A stretch of DNA of 64,000 nt from an uncultured Clostridia bacterium (GCA_948676835.1 CAPOZU010000001.1:193250-257249), one strand, 5' to 3'. Numbered from the stretch's first letter, positions 29,389 through 38,771 are shown. Numbers and translations are program-made. Notes: generated by a model not told the origin, from the sequence alone.

Positions 29389-30831
29389 TTAAATTTCTCT
29401 GTCACGTTCTTCTTTGGAATAATATTTTTTGTTATTGGTGGGATACTTGTATTTAAAACTTTTGTACATTAAATCATCACGTACTTTTATAATTTCGTCT
29501 CTTGTTAAACTTTTAAATCCAGCTTTTTCGTAATCATCTCCAACAATAAAGCAGTTTCCTGCGATATAATCATAATCAAACACTAGATTAGGTAATAAAT
29601 TATTTATTTTTCCTTCTTCATTACATACAATTAATAAATCATTGTATGGTATAACTTCTATCAATCCACCAACTAAATCTTGTTTAGCTTTTAATGTATC
29701 ATCAATTATTTTTATTACTGGAGCTTTTCCAACTTCTTTGTATAAAATTCGTAATTTCTTTTTAGGAACATCTTCAAGTTCAATTGGTATATATGTATCA
29801 AAATCTTCATCATATTTCTTGTTAATTCCTTGAAAATCATCAATAGTAAATTTGTAGTTTTCTTTTTCATCAGATACGTGTAATAAACTCGCTGATACCG
29901 AGAAATCATCAAACAATTTATGATTTTTACTGCCTTTAATGTTATTTGGACTATCACAAATATAGATTTTGTTTCCGTCACATTTATAATATAAACTATC
30001 TAAAAAAGTGCCATAATTTAAGTGTTCTAATGATTTTTTATAAGAGTTATTATCTTGAGTGACAAAGAATATTCTATCAACTCCATTTAATCTAGCTAAA
30101 TTTTTAAAGTAGCCATTTAATTGTTCTGTATTCATATTAAGCATTTTAGGTGGAATATCTAAAATCATTCGTATACCACCTCTACAATCAGTTAATATAG
30201 CAGTAGAACAGACTTTACTATTATTTAAGTAATAAAGAAAATTAACTAAATCATCTCTACTATGTATTTTCATATTATAAATAGATTTTTTGCTCATCAT
30301 TTTACATATTTTATCTGCTTTATTAGTTTTTATAGGTATATTTTCTTTAACTTTTGTATTGTTTTTATTATCAATATCAATCCAAGAATAGTTATCAATT
30401 CCAAGTATTAAATGACCTTTAAAACCTTTAACCTTTTGAGCAAAATTTTGAGTTGTTTTTAAATCTATACTTGAAGGAGAAGAAACGCCACTTGTATGAT
30501 TATGCAACATATAATAGCCATTTGCTTGTAAACGTTTTATTCTGTCATTGATTTTATAGTAATTTTGTTCTGCTTTAATTTTTCCTGTATTATCTTTTGT
30601 AAATAAATTGACACTTGTTGGAGTTCTTGAAGTAATACTTTCATAGCCAACAATTTCGTTATCTTTTGTATAAACAAGTCTAAATGTTTCATAACATGGA
30701 TTTCTAAAAATATTTGCTATTTCAACTAAATCTTCTTTAGTATTAACAAATCTATGATTTAAGTTAATGAATCCTTTTTTATCAAAATCTTTTGTAATTT
30801 TCTTATAGATTACTTTTACATTATTATTCAT
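29389..30831 (-). CDS. RadC-like JAB/MPN domain protein fused to C-terminal DUF3846 domain
   Basis: HNHTSGVSSPSSIDLKTT matches JAMM/RadC HNHPSGxxxPSxxD. C-terminal 110 aa homologous to stand-alone ORF 61081-61608 (VGGLIEV...CNEEGK). Confidence 0.55.
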   Translation of the reverse strand: MNNNVKVIYKKITKDFDKKGFINLNHRFVNTKEDLVEIANIFRNPCYETFRLVYTKDNEIVGYESITSRTPTSVNLFTKDNTGKIKAEQNYYKINDRIKRLQANGYYMLHNHTSGVSSPSSIDLKTTQNFAQKVKGFKGHLILGIDNYSWIDIDNKNNTKVKENIPIKTNKADKICKMMSKKSIYNMKIHSRDDLVNFLYYLNNSKVCSTAILTDCRGGIRMILDIPPKMLNMNTEQLNGYFKNLARLNGVDRIFFVTQDNNSYKKSLEHLNYGTFLDSLYYKCDGNKIYICDSPNNIKGSKNHKLFDDFSVSASLLHVSDEKENYKFTIDDFQGINKKYDEDFDTYIPIELEDVPKKKLRILYKEVGKAPVIKIIDDTLKAKQDLVGGLIEVIPYNDLLIVCNEEGKINNLLPNLVFDYDYIAGNCFIVGDDYEKAGFKSLTRDEIIKVRDDLMYKSFKYKYPTNNKKYYSKEERDREI

Positions 30832-31201
30832 TGTTATTTGCTCCTTTACTTAAATTAGTTTTGAAATGATTAATTGCTTGTTTTTTTAGAGTTATAATTT
30901 CGTTAGGTGTTTTATTTAAGATTTTTGAAACTTGTTTTATACTTAATTCACGTACAATTAACCAATATAAAACTTTCTTCTCTAATAAAGGAATATTCTT
31001 CATAGCATAATAATGTTTTTCATTTCCAAAAGCATTTTCAAGATGTTCTTCATCTAAATCTATATTTGTAAATTCATTTCCTGTGTAGTTTTTATAAGTC
31101 ATCTTATCTAATAACTTATTAACTTTTTTCTCTTGTATACTGTTATTTAAATTTTCATTATTCTCAAAATATTCTTTTGAGATGTGATCAAAATGTTCCA
31201 T
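30824..31201 (-). CDS. sigma-70 region 4-like small DNA-binding protein (Tn916 Orf7-like)
   Basis: 125 aa with C-terminal LSIKQVSKILNKTPNEIITLKKQAINHF HTH. Paralog at 60729-61139. Confidence 0.45.
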   Translation of the reverse strand: MEHFDHISKEYFENNENLNNSIQEKKVNKLLDKMTYKNYTGNEFTNIDLDEEHLENAFGNEKHYYAMKNIPLLEKKVLYWLIVRELSIKQVSKILNKTPNEIITLKKQAINHFKTNLSKGANNNE

Positions 31202-31404
31202 TTTGAACCTCCTAAAATAATATTTTGATTATCGATAATCGTTAGTTGTTCGAACTAATTTCATTTTAGCAGATATTTTCTCAAATGATTTATAATAGGG
31301 TAATATAGGACAGTATGGGAAAGTTTGGGGGAAAATTTTGTTCGTATAAAATAGCAAAAAAATAAAGCTAGATTTCTCTAGCTTTATCTTGTATATTTAA
31401 GTAA

Positions 31405-32112
31405 TTATACACCTTTAAATCCAGTATTGTTTGATATATCAGGATACCAATAGCCATTTTTTAATAAATTTGCTCGTTCATTATCTGTTAAATTTAATCT
31501 TTTCATAATTTCGCTTTTTTCTTCATCTTTTATTTTTCTTTTAGATAATATAAATTTCTTTATAACTGGTAAGTTAACATCTTCTCTTAATGCTAATAAT
31601 ACACCTGCATTCATTCCGTCTATACTAAATTTCATATTTATTGTAAGTTGCAATTTTTCAAAAGACTGATTTACTGCATAATAGTTTTTTAAACTTATAA
31701 ATGCAATATCAGAATTTGATTCAATAGTTCCAGTATAATATATTTGATTATCCCCTAATAAAAAATCAACTTTCATAAATCCATTTTCTGGAGTTATTTT
31801 TAATCTATATTCAGCTAAACTGCCAAATCCTAAATAATAGATATATAACAAATCTGTTGTAAATGGATTTACAGAAGTTTCTCTATTTACTTCAATTCTA
31901 TCTTTTATAGTCAAGTCATTAATATCTATTTCTAGAACATTACATATTTCTAGCGTAGTAATTAAATCAGGAGCAACCTCGTCTCTTTCATATTTATAAA
32001 CAGTGGTTGTTGATTTACAAATTCTTTTAGCAAGTTCTTCAATACTTAATCCCTTTGATTTTCTTACTTCTCTTATTATTTTTCCAATTTTATAGGCTTC
32101 TAAATTATACAT
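31405..32112 (-). CDS. XRE-family HTH regulator with C-terminal domain (element regulator)
   Basis: HTH KGLSIEELAKRICKSTTTVYKYE. Start refined to the ATG after AAAGGAGA RBS. Homolog at 59717-60424. Confidence 0.65.
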   Translation of the reverse strand: MYNLEAYKIGKIIREVRKSKGLSIEELAKRICKSTTTVYKYERDEVAPDLITTLEICNVLEIDINDLTIKDRIEVNRETSVNPFTTDLLYIYYLGFGSLAEYRLKITPENGFMKVDFLLGDNQIYYTGTIESNSDIAFISLKNYYAVNQSFEKLQLTINMKFSIDGMNAGVLLALREDVNLPVIKKFILSKRKIKDEEKSEIMKRLNLTDNERANLLKNGYWYPDISNNTGFKGV

Positions 32113-32589
32113 ATAGAAATCTCCTTTCAATTGTTTACATAATTATACCATTTTTATAGTGTTTTTGCAACTTTCCTTACAATTTATAAAAATGTGATAA
32201 AATTGCATAAAATGACGAAATATGCTATAATATAGTTATCTATTAAGATAGATAATCGGTTATGCTTTTATAGTATATACTTTAATCCGATTGCTCAAGT
32301 AAGCTTGAAACAAAAATTCTAAGCTTCGCGAGAGCTTGGATTATATATATATTATACAAGGTCATTCGATTTCTGTGTAATATAGTTTGTTAATATCTTA
32401 TTAGAAATTTATTGCACGGGGTACAATCGTAATGGCAGATTCAAAAAGAATATCATTAGGACTTCCTGGAGGATTTCCTATTTATTAATTAATTCTCATA
32501 ATCGAGAAAAAGGGGATTTTTTCCCCTTTCCCTTTGGGGAGAACTGAATTCGTTTTAAACTAGACTACTCGCGATAGTTTAGTTTAATA

Positions 32590-32640
32590 TAAAAGCCATA
32601 GGTTCCGTGTAATTGCCATTACATCCTATGGCTATTTTTT
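32590..32640 (+). terminator. hairpin terminator closing a structured non-coding region
   Basis: AGCCATAGG-22-nt loop-CCTATGGCT then T6. The homologous hairpin is at 59181-59213. Confidence 0.55.
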
Positions 32641-32851
32641 GTCATAAAAATACAATAATTATGATTTTAACCATTTAATGGTAGTTTTTAATATATTTTC
32701 ATTGAAAATATATTTAATTTATTATAAGATTTCTTACATTTTATAACTTTTCTTATAAAAAATAATATTTTTTTGTAATTTTTCTTATAGCCTTCCAAAA
32801 TTGATTTATGTAAACACAAAATGCTATACTATAATCAGAAAGGGGGTATAT

Positions 32852-33232
32852 ATGAACTGTTCTTATGAATATACAAAAGATGTTAAGTATAAATCATACG
32901 AGCAATTTGTTTATAACTCTCTTATCAATTTAGGATTTAATATTAATATTTTTGGAACTAAACTATTAAAAGATTTAATTTTATATACTTATTTCAATCA
33001 AGACTACGATATTTATTTCGATAAAGTTGTATCATCATTTTTTAAATATCGTTCAATTAATAATATTTCTGTAAATACTGCAAGTCATAGAATTTGTTAT
33101 GCAATACAAAATATTAATAATACAATGTTTAAAGATAATTTTTATACTATATTTAATGTAAAATATGATTATTATCTAAAAACTCCTAAAAATTTATTAA
33201 TATTATTTATGAATGTTTTAGAAAATAAATAA
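32852..33232 (+). CDS. Spo0A C-terminal-domain-like small protein
   Basis: Start refined to the ATG after AAGGGGGT RBS. Pattern similar to Spo0A_C, also seen in 58583-58948. Confidence 0.4.
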   Translation: MNCSYEYTKDVKYKSYEQFVYNSLINLGFNINIFGTKLLKDLILYTYFNQDYDIYFDKVVSSFFKYRSINNISVNTASHRICYAIQNINNTMFKDNFYTIFNVKYDYYLKTPKNLLILFMNVLENK

Positions 33233-33264
33233 GAAGTAGTATAATTATTTATCTATAATTTACA

Positions 33265-33501
33265 CTACTTCTTATTTGGTATATATTCAACTATATCTGT
33301 TATAGAACAATTAAAATAATCACATAATCTTGCTAGAACAAATATATCAATTCTAACTAATTCGCCAGTCATCAATCTTTTTATAACTTTGAAATCTGTG
33401 TTTGTATCTCTGATAAGTTTATTGATACTTATATTATTTCTTTCTATTAAATCTTCTAACTTGAAAAGATAATAGCCATTTTCTATCTTTACTTTCACCA
33501 T
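33265..33501 (-). CDS. small Cro/CI-type HTH regulator (paralog 1 of 4)
   Basis: 78 aa, about 75% identical to 56173-56409, 57951-58187 and 58300-58536. GAGGTAATTAGT-ATG RBS. Confidence 0.65.
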   Translation of the reverse strand: MVKVKIENGYYLFKLEDLIERNNISINKLIRDTNTDFKVIKRLMTGELVRIDIFVLARLCDYFNCSITDIVEYIPNKK

Positions 33502-33542
33502 ACTAATTACCTCGACTTGATTATATAATTAGTATTTGACAC

Positions 33543-33571
33543 TTGACTATTGGTTATACAACCAGTATAAT
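33543..33571 (+). promoter_or_regulatory. consensus sigma-A promoter with embedded palindromic operator (TGGTTATACAACCA) divergent from the Cro-like gene
   Basis: TTGACT-17-TATAAT. The 14-bp palindrome at 33551-33564 lies in the spacer. Confidence 0.7.
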
Positions 33572-33606
33572 AGTTTAGCTGTTAAATTTTGAAAGGAGAA
33601 AATGAG

Positions 33607-33738
33607 ATGCATAAAAAATTAGATGATGAAATAGATATGATAAAAAAAGAAAAAGCAAAAATAGTATCAGAATGTGATTTTGAAAGTTTATGTAAAAAAC
33701 TTGAAAACTTGTTCATGGACTTTGAGAGAAATAGGTAG
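33607..33738 (+). CDS. 43-aa leader ORF; its stop overlaps a hairpin
   Basis: AAAGGAGA RBS 8 nt upstream. Stop TAG at 33736-33738 is the 5' stem of hairpin TAGTTC-acattgc-GAACTA followed by a T-run. Confidence 0.3.
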   Translation: MHKKLDDEIDMIKKEKAKIVSECDFESLCKKLENLFMDFERNR

Positions 33739-33805
33739 TTCACATTGCGAACTATCTATTTTTATGATATAAATTATTTAAATAAATAATTTGCAGAGGT
33801 AAAAA

Positions 33806-34123
33806 ATGAAAATTTTTAGAGTTATAAATATAATTATTACCATTTTAAATATAATGTATTTAGTTCTAATAAATACATTATATGTTCAACTCCCAGTACC
33901 TAATAAAGAATATTTGAGAGATTTAAATTTTGGTGGTACTTTTCCAAAATATTTTATAAATTTTTCTTTGATTAGTTTGTCTATAAATATATTATTGATT
34001 ATTTTATATTATTTTAAATATCGTAAAAACTTAAAAAAAATAGAAACTATAACAAATATTGTATTAATAGTAATTGAATGTATAGTAATCATTTTAAGTT
34101 TACTTTATGCTAAATATATTTAA
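33806..34123 (+). CDS. small membrane protein (3 TM)
   Basis: 105 aa, hydrophobic. First of a co-directional cassette. Confidence 0.45.
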   Translation: MKIFRVINIIITILNIMYLVLINTLYVQLPVPNKEYLRDLNFGGTFPKYFINFSLISLSINILLIILYYFKYRKNLKKIETITNIVLIVIECIVIILSLLYAKYI

Positions 34124-34138
34124 TGTAAGGGAGAAAAA

Positions 34139-34390
34139 ATGAATATATTATATGTTCCACTAATTACATTTATAAGTACATTCGTATTTCAAGTAATTAT
34201 AATATTTATATTTAATTATTTAAAGTATAGAAAAAAATCACAAGAATTAACTCCAGAAGAAGAATATAAAAAGAATATTAGATTTATGATAAAAATTTTA
34301 ATAGCATTAGTAATATCACTTATATTATCAATAGTTTTTTACTTTGGTAGTGTAATGTATACATTTTATGAGTTAAGAAAAGGACACTAA
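34139..34390 (+). CDS. small membrane protein (2 TM)
   Basis: 83 aa. Gap of 15 nt to the previous gene. Confidence 0.45.
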   Translation: MNILYVPLITFISTFVFQVIIIFIFNYLKYRKKSQELTPEEEYKKNIRFMIKILIALVISLILSIVFYFGSVMYTFYELRKGH

Positions 34391-34420
34391 TTTCGTTATT
34401 AAACAGAAGGGAAAATTGAA

Positions 34421-34783
34421 GTGGAAATAAATACTTTTTTTATAGTAATAACAATACTTATACTTGCAATTTTTATTATAGGAAAATTAAAACAAAATGA
34501 AAAAATAAGAATGAAAATACTATTATTACTTATATTTTTATATAATTGTTTGGTAGGAAAGGCTAGTTTTCTTGCTTTTTACATTATAATTTTTTCAACT
34601 TTATTTTTTAATTCTTTTATGTTAAGTACAATAATAATTGGTCTATATTTCTTATTATTACTAGTTCCAATTAATATTTATGTAAAAAGAAAAATTGCTA
34701 TTAGTTGGAAAAAATATGTATTAATAAATATGATAAGTTTCTTAATTGGTGCGTGTATATTGTGGAGAAAATTTAATATTTAA
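34421..34783 (+). CDS. small membrane protein (4 TM)
   Basis: 120 aa. Confidence 0.45.
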   Translation: MEINTFFIVITILILAIFIIGKLKQNEKIRMKILLLLIFLYNCLVGKASFLAFYIIIFSTLFFNSFMLSTIIIGLYFLLLLVPINIYVKRKIAISWKKYVLINMISFLIGACILWRKFNI

Positions 34784-34795
34784 ATTAGAAGTTAG

Positions 34796-35215
34796 GTGAT
34801 ATGTTTGAGAAAGAAAATATTAACTTGTATATTTATTATTTTAATTATATTTTTATTAATTTTTATACATTGGAATGTCAGAAATAAACAAAAAATATCT
34901 TATGAAGCTACTCAAAAATTAATGCAACTATTATACATAGAAAATTCATCATCATTTTTACCAATTTCAATTAATACAGTTGATTTGGGATTTGGAGATA
35001 CTACTGAATGCTATGTATTAAAATTTGAAATATCAATAGAAGATTATAATGAAAATTCTTTAGATTATAACGATATAGATACAACAGAAAATTCATTAAA
35101 TTGGAAAGAGAAAAAAGATGAGCAAACGTATATATGTTATGTTAGAGAATGGGAAGAAAATGAACATAGAAAAGATTTATTTAATGAGCTAAAAAAATTG
35201 AAAGAAAAATATTAA
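34796..35215 (+). CDS. membrane-anchored protein with acidic extracytoplasmic domain
   Basis: N-terminal TM then a roughly 105-aa domain. Confidence 0.45.
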   Translation: MICLRKKILTCIFIILIIFLLIFIHWNVRNKQKISYEATQKLMQLLYIENSSSFLPISINTVDLGFGDTTECYVLKFEISIEDYNENSLDYNDIDTTENSLNWKEKKDEQTYICYVREWEENEHRKDLFNELKKLKEKY

Positions 35216-35237
35216 AAGTATTAGAAATGGAGAAAAA

Positions 35238-35993
35238 ATGAAAAATAGTATAATAAAAATTTTAGCAATAATTATATGTATAATTATTGTTGTTGTTGCA
35301 ATATTATCAGTAATGTTAAAAAATAATCAAAAAAATAAATCAAATGAATCTGAAAATGTTAGAAATTATATAGTATATGATTCTGAAAAAGAAAGTGAAA
35401 TAGGCGATATTGAGAAAGATGTATCTATAACCGGTATAGTCGAACTTCATCACAATGGATTTATTTATATATTTGGTGGACAACATTTTGGTGAATTAGG
35501 CTATGAAATAGAAGAATATACAACTTCTAATATTGATGATACTAATCAAAGTTGTATAGACTATTTAACATTAAAAGAATATGATACAAGCTATATTGAA
35601 GAAGATGACTTAATAATTTGTTCTGGTGATTTAATTAAAAAAGGAAGTTTTAATAATGATTTTAAAACTAAAGGTTCTATCGTTGTTTTAAAATCGGATG
35701 ACTATAATCAGATGAAGAGTGACACTATATGTGGAAAAAGAACATTTGAATCTACAATAGTTGCTGGAGATATTTATAAAGAAGAAGGGTACATGTATTT
35801 AAAATATGATATAGAAGATGATACAAATTCAGATACAGTTTATCATTTCCCATTTATACAAAAAGTATATATTAATGAAAATACAGAAATAATTGGAAAT
35901 TTACAAAAAGGAAATATAGTAGAGGTAGAATATGAAAATTTAAGTGAATCATTAGTTGATTTAAAATTGAAATCAATAAAAGTCATTGAGTAA
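35238..35993 (+). CDS. membrane-anchored/secreted protein
   Basis: N-terminal TM then a roughly 220-aa domain. Confidence 0.45.
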   Translation: MKNSIIKILAIIICIIIVVVAILSVMLKNNQKNKSNESENVRNYIVYDSEKESEIGDIEKDVSITGIVELHHNGFIYIFGGQHFGELGYEIEEYTTSNIDDTNQSCIDYLTLKEYDTSYIEEDDLIICSGDLIKKGSFNNDFKTKGSIVVLKSDDYNQMKSDTICGKRTFESTIVAGDIYKEEGYMYLKYDIEDDTNSDTVYHFPFIQKVYINENTEIIGNLQKGNIVEVEYENLSESLVDLKLKSIKVIE

Positions 35994-36020
35994 TTAGAAA
36001 AAATATTCATAGAGGTATGT

Positions 36021-36950
36021 ATGAAAAAAGTTATATTTATCTTGGCAGTATTAATCATTATTATAATGCTTATATTGCAAATTAATAGAATTCAAAAAAT
36101 GCAGAAAAATGATAATTTTGAAAATGAAATTTTATATGATTTTAAATATTTTTCCCCTATTAATTCAGAGGTTTATTATGGAGATACCATGAAATTTCAT
36201 AATTCAATTTATTACGAAGTAATAAATGATTATAAAGAATATTTATTATATAAAAATAATTATCAAGATATTTTAGATATGTCTGAGAAAGATTTTGAAA
36301 CTAATTTTATGATTTTAACAGTAACGGAAAATGAATCCACTAAAAATTTAGCTTTTGGTAGTATTAATTCAGATAATAATACCTTATATATTGGGTTAAG
36401 TAAAGAAAATAGTATAAAAGAACCTGATTTAGATAGAGGAATATCAATTAAAATTGATAGAGCATTACTAAAAGAAAACGTTGATATATATATAACAATA
36501 GATGATATAGATTTTATGAATAATTATGAAAATATAAAAAATCTTTCACAAAATTATACAATAGAAAATGCTATTGCTGATAGATGTTTTGTTATAATAA
36601 CAAATCCTGCTAGTAATATAGATGTTTTTGATGAATTTATTGACAATATAAATAATAATAAAGATGCAGAAATAAGAATTGTTTCGCAACTATCAACAAT
36701 AGAAAATAGTTTATTAATATATGATATAAAATATTCTAATTTAAACAATAAATATTATGTTTGTAAAGATTCATCTAGAAGTACCATGTCTTCAGAGAGT
36801 TATAACTATTTTGAATTTGATAGTTTTGAAAAAGAAGATTTAACAGACAGTATTTTTAGAGAACCACAAAAAATAAGTTCTTATCAATTTTATAATAATG
36901 AATTTCCAGAAACTAATATTAAAATTCAGTTTTATAATACAGAATATTAA
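36021..36950 (+). CDS. membrane-anchored/secreted protein
   Basis: N-terminal TM then a roughly 280-aa domain. Confidence 0.45.
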   Translation: MKKVIFILAVLIIIIMLILQINRIQKMQKNDNFENEILYDFKYFSPINSEVYYGDTMKFHNSIYYEVINDYKEYLLYKNNYQDILDMSEKDFETNFMILTVTENESTKNLAFGSINSDNNTLYIGLSKENSIKEPDLDRGISIKIDRALLKENVDIYITIDDIDFMNNYENIKNLSQNYTIENAIADRCFVIITNPASNIDVFDEFIDNINNNKDAEIRIVSQLSTIENSLLIYDIKYSNLNNKYYVCKDSSRSTMSSESYNYFEFDSFEKEDLTDSIFREPQKISSYQFYNNEFPETNIKIQFYNTEY

Positions 36951-36978
36951 TAAAAATTGAGTATAAAATATTTTATAC

Positions 36979-37293
36979 TCAATTTTTATTTTCTTTATTT
37001 TTTTGTTTTTTATTAACTAATATGTTAGTAATACAAAAAATTATTGTTGGAATGTTAAATATAATAAAAAGTATAATATAAGAAGGTATTTCCTTTACGA
37101 AATTATCTTTTACTGGATTTCTATATTTTTGGCTCTCATTTATATTATAAATTACAAGACCTAAAACATTCATTAAAGATAAAATATAAGAAATAATTGG
37201 TAGAACATATTTTCCAAATTTATTCTTTGCAATTAAGATATGTATTGCTTCAAATGGCAAAGAAATAATTATAAATACTTTTATCAATTCCAT
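36979..37293 (-). CDS. small membrane protein
   Basis: 104 aa with 3 hydrophobic helices and a K-rich tail. Confidence 0.4.
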   Translation of the reverse strand: MELIKVFIIISLPFEAIHILIAKNKFGKYVLPIISYILSLMNVLGLVIYNINESQKYRNPVKDNFVKEIPSYIILFIIFNIPTIIFCITNILVNKKQKNKENKN

Positions 37294-37375
37294 AAAATAG
37301 ATCCTTTCAAATGTATTTTACTAATTATATCAATATTAGTTAATTTATTAAAGCAGTTATTCAAATTTTAGTTTA

Positions 37376-38341
37376 TTAATTTTTTTGAAAAGATTTTATG
37401 AAATTATCAACTAAGTTTTTAAATGTATGTACAGGAAAATTAAATAGTTGTTTGGCAACTTCAAAAGTTTTTTCAATATAATTCTTTAGTTTATAATTTT
37501 CTTGCTTTAAATTTTCGTTTTCACGTTTCAAATTAGTATTTTCTTGTTCAAGTTTTATACATCTTTCAATTGCATTTTGAGATTTTATATAATAACCTCT
37601 TAATGTATTTGTATACTTAACTAGCTTTTTATTATGTAGTTTAAGTTCTTCTATGTTATTACTATTTATTTCAGTTATAGGTGTTTGAGTTTGTTCATAT
37701 TTTATATTTTCATATTCTGTTATACTTTTTAATGTTTCAATAGGAATATGTGCATTTTCTTTTGCATTTCCACGTTCTAAATCAAAACCTGATTTTATCA
37801 TATAAGAATAAAAATTATCTTGTAATCTTTTATAACTGTCTTTTCCTCTCCAGTATTCAGAACAAGCAATTTTATTAATTATTTTTCCACTTTTATTATC
37901 TAATTTGTGTATAACTGGAACAAAAACAATATGCATATGAGGTGTTGTTTCATCTAAATGTACTTTTGCTGATACAATATAATCTTCGCCTAAATTTTGA
38001 TAACTTGATACAAATTTATAAGCAGTTTGAAAATATCTTTTTGTTTCTTCTAGTCCAATTTTTTCAAAAAATTCTTTATCAGATGTAATTATAAATTCAC
38101 ACATTACATTAGTTGTTTTTATAATTCTTCCTTGTAAATTATGTTCTTCTTGTAATTTTTTTAGATAATTTGTGTATGTTGTTTGTGGATTTTTTAAAGA
38201 GTAATTTTTACAAAACATATTCTTATTAATATCTTTATTAGAATAGTTTGTGTTTTTTCTTTCGTTATGTTTGTAAAGTCCTGCAAGATTATCTCTTTTG
38301 TAATTAGCATTTCTTATAATAGCATAACTCATATAAATCAC
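37376..38341 (-). CDS. mob: MobV-family (Mob/Pre) relaxase
   Basis: KVHLDETTPHMHIVFVPV is the HxDExTPHxH motif of Mob_Pre. 60% identical to 61927-62928. Confidence 0.75.
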   Translation of the reverse strand: MIYMSYAIIRNANYKRDNLAGLYKHNERKNTNYSNKDINKNMFCKNYSLKNPQTTYTNYLKKLQEEHNLQGRIIKTTNVMCEFIITSDKEFFEKIGLEETKRYFQTAYKFVSSYQNLGEDYIVSAKVHLDETTPHMHIVFVPVIHKLDNKSGKIINKIACSEYWRGKDSYKRLQDNFYSYMIKSGFDLERGNAKENAHIPIETLKSITEYENIKYEQTQTPITEINSNNIEELKLHNKKLVKYTNTLRGYYIKSQNAIERCIKLEQENTNLKRENENLKQENYKLKNYIEKTFEVAKQLFNFPVHTFKNLVDNFIKSFQKN

Positions 38342-38421
38342 TCCTTCTTATACTAGCTACACTTTGTAGCTTTTCTTTATTTTAAAATTTCTTATTATGA
38401 CATAACTTATATAAAACTTTC

Positions 38422-38485
38422 GTGAGTTTCTAACATACTAGAAGCTCACAGAGCTTCTGTATGATTAGGGAACATATTTCCCTAA
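38422..38485 (-). promoter_or_regulatory. oriT of element 1 (inverted repeats and nic-like sequence)
   Basis: The reverse complement aligns with the element-2 oriT: TTAGGGAAATATGTTCCCTAA IR, AGAAGCTC/GAGCTTCT IR, and CTAGTATGTTAG versus pMV158-like TAGTGTG/TTA. Confidence 0.6.
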
Positions 38486-38771
38486 TAACCCATTTTAGCA
38501 CGATTGAATATTTATATTTGTTGTGATCTTTTTACAAAGGACAACAAATACCATAAACTTTTGAAAAAGTTTATTTAATATTTTAATCGTGTTATAAAAA
38601 TATTCGTACAATTACTCATTATTTTTATAAATAATTTTAGCCCCTTAATTGATTCTGGGCTAAAATTATGAGAAACCTCTGTCGGTTTCTCAAACTCTTC
38701 CACTATAACTAATAAAAGTATCAAAAATTAAATTTTGATACTTTTATTAGTTTTTTATTTAGTTAGAAAAG

